Positions 35,354 through 42,005 of a DNA stretch of 42,005 nt are shown in pieces; the first letter of the stretch is position 1, and the number at the start of each line of letters is the position of its first letter. Made by a program: the position numbers and the translations under genes. The notes beneath the pieces are model-generated. The model was not told the origin of the DNA, searched no databases, and saw nothing but the letters and a program-made list of their open reading frames with translations. Source of the stretch: a virus; IMG/VR virus record IMGVR_UViG_3300037088_000812, positions 64,001 to 106,005 of that record. The stretch is one strand, 5' to 3'.

Positions 35354-35581
35354 ATGTGGATGTATGTAGAGGCTGAGAAGTTTGACGCTTGGTGGCATGA
35401 CGGTGGTGTATTATATACGTCTGGTCAAACCAATATAGGATCAAACGACAAACCTGGAAAATTTACAATATGGCCTGATTGGGGTGAATCTATGCCAGCT
35501 ATGATACATGCCAGTAGAACACATCTGCGTAAGTTAATTCCAACTATATTTAATGCCAAAGAAATAATGAGCAGTTCATGA
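35354..35581 (+). CDS. Tandem small-protein family member (C-terminus RKLIPTIFNAKEIMSS)
   Basis: Shared C-terminal motif [RK]xL[IL]xx[IL][FW]xxKx[IF]. Confidence 0.5.
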   Translation: MWMYVEAEKFDAWWHDGGVLYTSGQTNIGSNDKPGKFTIWPDWGESMPAMIHASRTHLRKLIPTIFNAKEIMSSS

Positions 35582-35826
35582 AACTAAAGAGAGGTATGTT
35601 AATAAAGACAAATTATGAAGCCTACTGTCTAGTGACTAAAGTTGAGGGCCTTAATGTTTTTGGTGTTTGGTTAACTTCTACTTATTTAGACGTTAGTCCT
35701 CTGCCGGCGTTTGATGACGCCAATGACACTAAACAATTGACAAAAGTTAATCGGGCAGAAACGCGATATTTTCTAAAGAGCATATTCGAATGTTTTGACA
35801 AAGGATTTGTAAGAACAAAAATATGA
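35578..35826 (+). CDS. Tandem family member (C-terminus TRYFLKSIFECFDKGF)
   Basis: ATGA overlap; motif variant. Confidence 0.45.
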   Translation: MKLKRGMLIKTNYEAYCLVTKVEGLNVFGVWLTSTYLDVSPLPAFDDANDTKQLTKVNRAETRYFLKSIFECFDKGFVRTKI

Positions 35827-36086
35827 AATTATTTAAATGGGTTGGCGCGAAGGACATTATATTATTACCTTTTACTCGTATATTATTTAGAGATGACGTT
35901 TCTTATAAAATAATCTGGGGGGACAAAACAAGCGGTGAGTGGGAATCAGCTAATCTTCCTGAGGTCAGTCTTAAATTATATAAGCCTATGGAAAATGTAA
36001 AGCTACAACCAGTATCCTATAAAACTTTAGTGGAGTTTATATGGAGTAAAAAGTTTAGCGACTTTTTGAAGAAGACCTTAAAATGA
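35823..36086 (+). CDS. Tandem family member (KTLVEFIWSKKFSDF)
   Basis: ATGA overlap. N-terminus MKLFKWVGAKDIILLPF resembles that of 36358. Confidence 0.5.
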   Translation: MKLFKWVGAKDIILLPFTRILFRDDVSYKIIWGDKTSGEWESANLPEVSLKLYKPMENVKLQPVSYKTLVEFIWSKKFSDFLKKTLK

Positions 36087-36361
36087 CTTGGCAAAATGTT
36101 AATGCTGGCGAGTGGTTGAGAAGATCTTTTAAAGAATCTTTCTCTACTGGTGTAACCTACATTCATGTAAGTTATAAGACTGACAAGTTGGTAAGATACA
36201 AAGTATTCACGCTTATCAAAGGTCCCAGTAAGCTAGTATGTTATAAGAATGAATTAGTCAACCTAGACACTAAAATTCCAGCACCTTTTAAAAAGACTAA
36301 AACATATAGACCGCTAATATCAATCATTTTTAATACTAAAGAGTTTGATGTAAGATTATGA
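36083..36361 (+). CDS. Tandem family member (RPLISIIFNTKEFDV)
   Basis: ATGA overlap; motif. Confidence 0.5.
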   Translation: MTWQNVNAGEWLRRSFKESFSTGVTYIHVSYKTDKLVRYKVFTLIKGPSKLVCYKNELVNLDTKIPAPFKKTKTYRPLISIIFNTKEFDVRL

Positions 36362-36627
36362 AAGAAAAGCTTTTCAAATGGCACAAACGTGAAGATATGA
36401 TAGCCTTGCCATACAGAATATTAAAGCATCGGCATTATGCAATAATTTATAAAGAAAAAGGTGCCCCATATTGGACTGAGGGCACAATACATAAAGAAGA
36501 CCTAGAAAAATTTCATCAGATTAACTATAACTCAAAATTTGATTTTAGAGAGTTTATTAAAAATATGTTTAGCTGGGATTGGTCATTGCTGCCAACTATG
36601 AGCTGGACCCCGGGGTATTATAAATGA
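36358..36627 (+). CDS. Tandem family member (REFIKNMFSWDWSL)
   Basis: ATGA overlap; N-terminus MKEKLFKWHKREDMIALPY. Confidence 0.45.
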   Translation: MKEKLFKWHKREDMIALPYRILKHRHYAIIYKEKGAPYWTEGTIHKEDLEKFHQINYNSKFDFREFIKNMFSWDWSLLPTMSWTPGYYK

Positions 36628-36863
36628 TGTGGTGGTATTCAAATGGTCGCGACGTGTGGCAAGCTGGTAATAGATATTTTAAGTATTTAAACGACACACT
36701 TCGTGTTACAATCTTAGACACAGATGAGTTAATAGGAACACCCAAAGCCTCTGATGTATTAATGCGCAAGTTGTTTATAGTAATCTTCAAAGCTAAAGAC
36801 TTTGTAATAAATGAACCGAAGTGGAAAATGCCTAAGGGCATCTCTATAGTAGGTTTAAAATGA
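36624..36863 (+). CDS. Tandem family member (RKLFIVIFKAKDFVI)
   Basis: ATGA overlap; motif. Confidence 0.5.
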   Translation: MMWWYSNGRDVWQAGNRYFKYLNDTLRVTILDTDELIGTPKASDVLMRKLFIVIFKAKDFVINEPKWKMPKGISIVGLK

Positions 36864-37084
36864 AAGAACCATTCATGTTTTTCTATTCCACTGAAGTAGC
36901 TGATAATTGGAGAGTGCATAAAAATAATGATGCATTTAAGTATGACTTTGCAAGCAGCGCACTTATAACTACTGATCATCAATTTTCTACTACAGTAGGA
37001 ATGAGACCAGCAACTAGAAAACAATTGCAGAAACTTGTCCTTCGCATTTTTCAAGCTAATAGAATAACGAGTTATAATACATGA
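36860..37084 (+). CDS. Tandem family member (KLVLRIFQANRITS)
   Basis: ATGA overlap; motif. Confidence 0.5.
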   Translation: MKEPFMFFYSTEVADNWRVHKNNDAFKYDFASSALITTDHQFSTTVGMRPATRKQLQKLVLRIFQANRITSYNT

Positions 37085-37521
37085 AAGCAAATTATGGATT
37101 AATTGAATCAATATTTGAAGACCCTAGTTATCTAAGTAAAGATGGTCCAAGAAGGTTACCTGAAAACGCAGATGTGGGTCTTTGTATACTATATGCTAAA
37201 ATATGGCCTGAGTGGAAGAACGCTTTTGAAGACCCTAGTCAATATAACGTGCATCCGACAGAAGCCGTTTTAACGCAGTTCCAAAATGCTTTAGATACCA
37301 ACAAGAAAAAATACAACAAATATAATATGAGCCTTGATGATACAGACGACGGTTGGTCATTATATAAACAACAATATAAATGGAGAGTTTCTTTTACAGC
37401 TTATCCAAAAGGTAATTACACTTATTATATTTCTATAGGTATAAAGAAAAACGGTACTCTAGATATTAATGATATAGCAATAGATAAAGAAGAAGAAGAA
37501 TTTGATTGGACCGAAACCTAA
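37081..37521 (+). CDS. hypothetical protein (146 aa; not an obvious family member)
   Basis: ATGA overlap; lacks the C-terminal motif. Confidence 0.45.
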   Translation: MKANYGLIESIFEDPSYLSKDGPRRLPENADVGLCILYAKIWPEWKNAFEDPSQYNVHPTEAVLTQFQNALDTNKKKYNKYNMSLDDTDDGWSLYKQQYKWRVSFTAYPKGNYTYYISIGIKKNGTLDINDIAIDKEEEEFDWTET

Positions 37522-37727
37522 TGGTAAGATATAAAAACTACGGTAAAACAATAGTATGGATAGTAGGTAACAAATTCCTCATACATGAATATGAAGGACG
37601 ATTGATTGCTGTAACTAAATATAGAGCGTGGCACCCTGGTGAAGAAACAGCGACCCAAAACATAGAACATATACATGAATTAATCCGTGCACTGTTTAGA
37701 GCAAAAGCAATGAAGGTAGAGCTATGA
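37506..37727 (+). CDS. Tandem family member (HELIRALFRAKAMKV)
   Basis: Motif. Confidence 0.5.
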   Translation: MDRNLMVRYKNYGKTIVWIVGNKFLIHEYEGRLIAVTKYRAWHPGEETATQNIEHIHELIRALFRAKAMKVEL

Positions 37728-37963
37728 TCTTACCCAAGATAAAGCGAATTGTAAGATTCAACAAGGATTTCTTTTTAATCACTCGAACCAGAAACGGCGA
37801 ACCGTATGGCCCTATGGTTTGGCCCGTAGATAAATTAATAGAATACAGCCCAGGTTCAAATTTATATGCTGAAGACTATAAAGACGCCGAAGAGCTTACA
37901 CAAACGGAGCGTCGATCTTTAATACCCATGTTTTTTACTTTTAGATGGACTAAAGCAACTTAA
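37724..37963 (+). CDS. Tandem family member (RSLIPMFFTFRWTKA)
   Basis: ATGA overlap; motif variant. Confidence 0.45.
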   Translation: MILPKIKRIVRFNKDFFLITRTRNGEPYGPMVWPVDKLIEYSPGSNLYAEDYKDAEELTQTERRSLIPMFFTFRWTKAT

Positions 37964-38012
37964 CCTAATTTCAAATCTTCAAACTCTACACATATAGTTA
38001 TCCCTTACTAAT

Positions 38013-38020
38013 AAGATAAT
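38013..38020 (+). promoter_or_regulatory. AAGATAAT box 6 nt upstream of ATG 38027
   Basis: No SD between box and start. Confidence 0.45.
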
Positions 38021-38026
38021 TGTCTA

Positions 38027-38284
38027 ATGAAAATTTGGAGCAAGTTTCAAGGCGCAAAAGGATTACCAGTCTTTATACCATTTAAGTATGGCAAGCAATA
38101 TTGCACACTTTATCTAGATTCAAAGTATGATAAGTATTGGCGTAATAGCTGGGCGGACACTGAATATATAGCAGAGTGGCACTTAGAGGAATACAAGCCT
38201 ACTGAAAAAGATTACCACAATATTATGCTAACAATATTTGAGGCAGTGCGTTCCTACGATTGGACACCTCCGCTGAGAAAATAA
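38027..38284 (+). CDS. Tandem family member (HNIMLTIFEAVRSYD)
   Basis: Motif. Confidence 0.5.
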   Translation: MKIWSKFQGAKGLPVFIPFKYGKQYCTLYLDSKYDKYWRNSWADTEYIAEWHLEEYKPTEKDYHNIMLTIFEAVRSYDWTPPLRK

Positions 38285-38667
38285 TGAGTGGATTTAACCA
38301 AGACATAATATGTCCTTATTGTGATTTTGAAATGGCTGAATTGACAGAAAACTATAAAGGTGCAGCTGAATATAAAGGTGTAGAATATGGCAAGTTCTCT
38401 GGTTGTCCTTTATGTGGTTGGACAATGTGGGAAGATGCTATAAACAGGAAAGCCGACGACAAAGAAAAAATACCACCTAAGTCTGTCATTCTACAGGCCA
38501 AAAAGATAGTAAGGCTTTATGATAAAATACCAGATAATAATCACGCTTTAATAGATTACTTTGTAGGGTTCGCCACTTTCGTGTTTGATGATTACGCAAA
38601 CGTCAATAGAACCTATGTAAACTTCTTACGTGGTCTAGCATCCTATATATGGTATGGAGAAGTATAG
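38260..38667 (+). CDS. hypothetical zinc-ribbon protein (CPYCDF...CPLCGW)
   Basis: Two CxxC pairs; not a family member. Confidence 0.45.
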   Translation: MDTSAEKIMSGFNQDIICPYCDFEMAELTENYKGAAEYKGVEYGKFSGCPLCGWTMWEDAINRKADDKEKIPPKSVILQAKKIVRLYDKIPDNNHALIDYFVGFATFVFDDYANVNRTYVNFLRGLASYIWYGEV

Positions 38668-38885
38668 TGGCTAAATTATATTATGACATTAGCGGCTATA
38701 TGATATACTGGTGGGCTGATAAGATTGGTCCTGCACCAGTTTACACTTGGGATTATAGTGCTAGTGTGTTTGAAGTTGCACCTAGAGAATATTTTCATTT
38801 TAGAGAAGACTCAAAACTAGCTGGTATAATGCAACAGCATATACTGATAAATGCAATATGGGAAGCTAAAACAATAAGGCGCTAA
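38649..38885 (+). CDS. Tandem family member (QHILINAIWEAKTIRR)
   Basis: Motif. Confidence 0.5.
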   Translation: MVWRSIVAKLYYDISGYMIYWWADKIGPAPVYTWDYSASVFEVAPREYFHFREDSKLAGIMQQHILINAIWEAKTIRR

Positions 38886-39107
38886 ATGTGGTATTATAAA
38901 GATCATGTATGGCTACATGGCTATAAAATGTTTAGGGTATATTTGAAAATACCCGCTGAAACTAGTGTGTATTCTTTAAGCACTCAAACGTTAAAAAACT
39001 TAGAAAATGTACTTAGCATAAGAACCATATTGAAGCCAGCAACTGACAGCAATTTAAAAGAACTGATAACGTCTATTTGGAAGACCAAACATATAGAGGC
39101 TCGCTAA
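38886..39107 (+). CDS. Tandem family member (KELITSIWKTKHIEAR)
   Basis: Motif. Confidence 0.5.
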   Translation: MWYYKDHVWLHGYKMFRVYLKIPAETSVYSLSTQTLKNLENVLSIRTILKPATDSNLKELITSIWKTKHIEAR

Positions 39108-39310
39108 CTATGACGTATTTATACCATGATGACAAAATTCATAGCCGGTGGTTTTTAGCACCAGACATATGTTGGTTGTGGGGAAAGGATACTAATCGCT
39201 TAGTGGCTATTAGACCTTATGCTATACCGCTCGCCTATGTCAAAGCAACTAATATAAATTTGAGAGGATTAATAAGGGCAATCTGGTTGGCCAAAGAGAT
39301 AGTCTCATGA
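39077..39310 (+). CDS. Tandem family member (RGLIRAIWLAKEIVS)
   Basis: Motif. Confidence 0.5.
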   Translation: MEDQTYRGSLTMTYLYHDDKIHSRWFLAPDICWLWGKDTNRLVAIRPYAIPLAYVKATNINLRGLIRAIWLAKEIVS

Positions 39311-39498
39311 GTCAATATGGTCCATGGATTATAGGCAAATGGCACTATACGTATTACTCTGGTGCAGATATGTTTATCTCACGCGAGTATGATAATGATA
39401 CGTTTGGCCACTTCCATAAGATTGACAAGAAAATGAAATCTATATTTTCAACGATATTTAAGGCTAATGAATTTGACGAAGAGATACCCGCATTATAG
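39307..39498 (+). CDS. Tandem family member (KSIFSTIFKANEFDEE)
   Basis: ATGA overlap; motif. Confidence 0.5.
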   Translation: MSQYGPWIIGKWHYTYYSGADMFISREYDNDTFGHFHKIDKKMKSIFSTIFKANEFDEEIPAL

Positions 39499-39512
39499 TA
39501 TGAGGTTAAAAT

Positions 39513-39731
39513 ATGAATCTTAAAGATGTAGCAAAAGATGCAGCTAAAAAAGAAGCTGAGAAAGAAGGAAAAAAGAAAGGCACTTCTATGTGGCAATTCG
39601 TGTCCAAAGATGGTAAGACTAAAGTGAGGCAATTAAGTCCAGACAGCTGGCAGTTATGGCAAGATGGTAAAACTGAAACTATTGACCTTAAAGCTCTTTT
39701 AAAGAAAGCTGTAGATTTAACACAAGCCTAA
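39513..39731 (+). CDS. hypothetical Lys-rich small protein (not a family member)
   Basis: GAGG RBS; ORF. Confidence 0.4.
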   Translation: MNLKDVAKDAAKKEAEKEGKKKGTSMWQFVSKDGKTKVRQLSPDSWQLWQDGKTETIDLKALLKKAVDLTQA

Positions 39732-39732
39732 G

Positions 39733-40008
39733 ATGTGGTTATATAGTAAACAAGAGTGGGGCTTTGGCCCTGAAGATGTAAGACATCGCTTTAAGTATAT
39801 TAAACAAAGCTCCCACTCAAAAGATTTATATTATGAATTGGCTGATATAATGTTCACATTAAATAGAGAGGTAGTTTATAGTTTTAAGGATCGCATAAAA
39901 CACGCTACCTTTATACAGGATAGGACAGAAGATAGAGCTGACGAGGAACAACTTAAATTTTTAATTAAGGCTATATTTATGACAGATAAAAATATAAGGA
40001 GTGCTTGA
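39733..40008 (+). CDS. Tandem family member (LKFLIKAIFMTDKNI)
   Basis: Motif. Confidence 0.5.
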   Translation: MWLYSKQEWGFGPEDVRHRFKYIKQSSHSKDLYYELADIMFTLNREVVYSFKDRIKHATFIQDRTEDRADEEQLKFLIKAIFMTDKNIRSA

Positions 40009-40234
40009 TTTGATTAAAGCTTATACACCAGATGTTGATGCGCCCTATGAAGCATTCGCAACTTGGTCAATGGAGAAGTATTTTTACATTTGGTATGGAG
40101 CAGGTAGCGCTAGAAGATTAGCTATAACTCAAGCAGGACAAGCTAGTAAAGAGATGGCTAAGGCTACTAACAAACAATTGCACATGTTAATTGCAGTAAT
40201 ATTTCATGCTAGGGAAATAGAGGTGAACATATGA
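40001..40234 (+). CDS. Tandem family member (KQLHMLIAVIFHAREIEV)
   Basis: Motif. Confidence 0.5.
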   Translation: MLDLIKAYTPDVDAPYEAFATWSMEKYFYIWYGAGSARRLAITQAGQASKEMAKATNKQLHMLIAVIFHAREIEVNI

Positions 40235-40449
40235 TCTATTATATGAAAATCACCAAAGCTTCCCCAGATAGTTTCTGGTTCTTTAGCCAAAAGAATACTA
40301 CTTTCACCTGGCTCTCTCGCACTAGTATGTTGGGTATAGAGCATATGAACTATCACCCTAATTGGGCTAAAGACGAGGCTAATAGAAATCAATTACATCA
40401 GCTGTTGAAAATAGTATGGACAGTCAAAAGAATTGAAGGATATAAATGA
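40231..40449 (+). CDS. Tandem family member (NQLHQLLKIVWTVKRIEG)
   Basis: ATGA overlap; motif. Confidence 0.5.
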   Translation: MIYYMKITKASPDSFWFFSQKNTTFTWLSRTSMLGIEHMNYHPNWAKDEANRNQLHQLLKIVWTVKRIEGYK

Positions 40450-40742
40450 TAATCTATTATTTGACTAACTGGGACACGAAGTTCTGGCCAGGATATTGGC
40501 CTGCTTATGAATATTTCATTGAAGGTAACTTTGTACCAAAGATGCTTAAAGGCTCAACTAAGACACCTAACGAAGGTTATATAAGTGGCCTATGGTTTGT
40601 ACAGCAAGACAATAAAGTGGTAGCCAATCATACGGTAGCTAAAACTGAAATAGTGCCCTTACCTAAAAATGCTTATTTAGAAAATGGGCTTTGTGAATAT
40701 TTGATCACAGCACTCTTTAATGTGAATGAGATAGAAGATTAA
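40446..40742 (+). CDS. Tandem family member (EYLITALFNVNEIED)
   Basis: ATGA overlap; motif. Confidence 0.5.
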   Translation: MIIYYLTNWDTKFWPGYWPAYEYFIEGNFVPKMLKGSTKTPNEGYISGLWFVQQDNKVVANHTVAKTEIVPLPKNAYLENGLCEYLITALFNVNEIED

Positions 40743-40958
40743 GATGATTGAAATAAGAAAAACTAAAGGCGATAAAAGATTTTTTATCAAAAGACCTTAG
40801 CAAATCAGAAGGAAGTACACATGCTCATTCATATAATATTTGACGCAAGCGAGACAGAACGGAATGGGTAAAAAGTCAAATTTGAGAGCCAGTCGGAACG
40901 CTACCCTAAGAACTAAAGGGCTGCTTTTTGCCTACACATTCGTGTCCGGCATGAAGAA

Positions 40959-41288
40959 GTGATTATGAAAATAGGACAATGGTATTATTGGAAGAGTCAT
41001 ACTAAACGCTATATATTGCCATTGAAAGTACTCCCTGGAGAGAAGTTCCTGTTCATAATTGGTGAAGAAGGATCCAAGAACGAAAGCGATGTGATCGAAT
41101 GGTATGACGAAAAGATCCACAGAACTAGAGTAGAAATAAGCAAACATAAAGTCATATTCTGGGATCTTAGAACGGACTATATGGGAAACTATAATCTAAT
41201 AGATAAACAGCTAGCCCCAAAAGGCCTTCCAATAATAGTAAAGCTACCGTCGAATATAGCTCATAAAGTAATAAGGAATGTGATATGA
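40959..41288 (+). CDS. hypothetical protein, N-terminally related to the tandem family (KIGQWYYWKSHTKRYILPLKVL)
   Basis: ORF preceded by the conserved 22-mer at 40929-40950. Confidence 0.4.
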   Translation: MIMKIGQWYYWKSHTKRYILPLKVLPGEKFLFIIGEEGSKNESDVIEWYDEKIHRTRVEISKHKVIFWDLRTDYMGNYNLIDKQLAPKGLPIIVKLPSNIAHKVIRNVI

Positions 41289-41305
41289 TTTGCTCTCAGC
41301 CACAA

Positions 41306-41426
41306 GAAAACGTTATGGCAAACGCCGAATTGACGGCCAGTTGTTCTTGCGGTATAGAAACTAGCAAGGCGCTTTTTGCCTATGAGTTCGTGTCCAGGAA
41401 AACGTTATGGCAAACGCCGAATTGAC
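41306..41426 (+). repeat. 29-nt perfect direct repeat GAAAACGTTATGGCAAACGCCGAATTGAC (41306-41334 and 41398-41426)
   Basis: Exact duplicate read from sequence; the copies flank one copy of the conserved 22-mer. Confidence 0.9.
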
Positions 41427-41644
41427 AGCCCGCCGGTCGCCTGGCTCTAAAGCGCCCAGGGTTGAAACAGCCTATACTATCGTGTCTAGCGTAGTACTAG
41501 AGGCCTTTGCGTGATAGGCGTAGCTCGTGCGTGGGATCGCTACACTACTTGGAAGGTGGGTGCTAAGCTCGAGCCTGAGCTCATTACTCTTATCTGGACT
41601 GTGGAGATTATATCAGTATGATACTATTTAAAGCGGTGATGATA

Positions 41645-41878
41645 TCATATTATGTCTGGCGAACAGGCAGGATGCAGATAGTATATGACGAAGCTGAGAA
41701 TACTGTCTGCCTTCCATATGATAGGGAAGATCATCCTTAGTTGTTCAGTAGCAGCTTTACTAAAGCCCTCTGGCAGAGCGGATCTAGCCCGAAAGCATTC
41801 AATAGGTTGGTCTAGCCTCACTAATCTAGCAAAGAACCAAAGTGTTTGCCCGGGATAGCTATAGTCATAGTATATCAT
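41645..41878 (-). CDS. Inverted copy of the tandem family (MIYY...LWFFARL...EQLRMIFPIIWKADSIL), possibly a decaying pseudogene
   Basis: Homology to 40231-40449 (MIYYMKITKASPDSFWFFSQ...NQLHQLLKIVWTVKRI) on the opposite strand. Reads through past the motif for 16 extra residues. Confidence 0.3.
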   Translation of the reverse strand: MIYYDYSYPGQTLWFFARLVRLDQPIECFRARSALPEGFSKAATEQLRMIFPIIWKADSILSFVIYYLHPACSPDII

Positions 41879-42005
41879 CTAATACACTGTTCATATGGAA
41901 TGGCAACGAGCTAAGAGTTAATTATCCTGACTACATACCAAGCTGGGCCGAGAAGCAAGCTACTCCTAAACAATTGCATGATCTGATGTATCATATATGG
42001 AACGC
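41842..42005 (+). CDS. Partial tandem-family member running off the right edge (...PKQLHDLMYHIWN)
   Basis: GTG 41842 opens a frame containing the family motif. No ATG; 3'-truncated by the window. Confidence 0.3.
   Translation, partial: MFARDSYSHSISSNTLFIWNGNELRVNYPDYIPSWAEKQATPKQLHDLMYHIWN

Noticed and set aside
41285-41425. 46-aa ORF coupled by ATGA to the 40959 gene (MICSQPQENVMANAELTA...)
   Set aside because: It spans the duplicated 29-mer and a copy of the conserved intergenic 22-mer, so its openness is probably a consequence of the repeats. It is kept only as a note.
41290-41640. tRNA gene(s) in the ORF-free GC-rich region
   Set aside because: No GTTCRANYC T-loop with matching 5-bp T-stem and 7-bp acceptor stem could be assembled by eye. 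TTCGTGTCC in the conserved 22-mer superficially resembles a T-arm but lacks a complementary acceptor or D-arm context. A tRNAscan run would be needed to be certain.
1-42005. Bacterial chromosomal island or eukaryotic giant-virus fragment
   Set aside because: Canonical AGGAGG-type ribosome-binding sites, ATGA/TAATG translational coupling and rho-independent terminators indicate a bacterial translation and transcription context. Near-absence of minus-strand genes, the T4-like gp32/gp42/gp1/RNase H set and the lack of any housekeeping genes indicate a virulent phage rather than host DNA. No integrase, transposase or att-like repeats were seen.

Overview
This is a densely packed, AT-rich window in which almost every gene is on the + strand. 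Small ORFs overlap by 1-8 nt and several starts have strong Shine-Dalgarno sites (AAGGAGG), so it reads as a large virulent bacteriophage genome rather than a bacterial chromosome or a eukaryotic virus.

**Recognisable genes, by protein motifs only:** a T4-like DNA-metabolism set is present.
- gp32-like ssDNA-binding protein.
- RNase H/FEN 5'-3' exonuclease.
- DHH phosphoesterase.
- gp42-like dCMP hydroxymethylase, plus a second diverged thymidylate-synthase-family paralog.
- gp1-like dNMP kinase with the unusual GxxRSGKS P-loop.
- Two MazG-like NTP pyrophosphohydrolases.
- An HNH endonuclease and an Hsp20.
- At the left edge, a 5'-truncated UDP-glucuronate decarboxylase (UDP-xylose synthase) with very high similarity to eukaryotic and bacterial UXS.
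- A GT-B glycosyltransferase in the late region.

Together these argue for hydroxymethylated, possibly pentose-glycosylated, cytosine DNA.

**Findings unexplained by ordinary annotation:**
- A 5.4-kb tandem array of about 17 small (70-90 aa) paralogous genes sharing a C-terminal amphipathic motif of the form [RK]xLIxxIFxAKEI. The same motif ends a large minus-strand WG-repeat protein, and an inverted copy and a partial copy lie near the window end.
- A family of seven or eight small Cys4 proteins (LLKDxxCxNC...CxxW), three of them in direct tandem.
- A conserved AAGATAAT box immediately upstream of at least 11 start codons, many with no SD. It occurs on both strands in divergent intergenic regions and once as a perfect 14-nt palindrome.
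- A 440-nt two-frame overlap in which both frames encode coiled-coil membrane proteins.
- Repeat-encoded low-complexity proteins on the minus strand.
- A GC-rich, ORF-free structured region with direct repeats near the right end.

No tRNA, CRISPR, integrase or transposase was recognisable.
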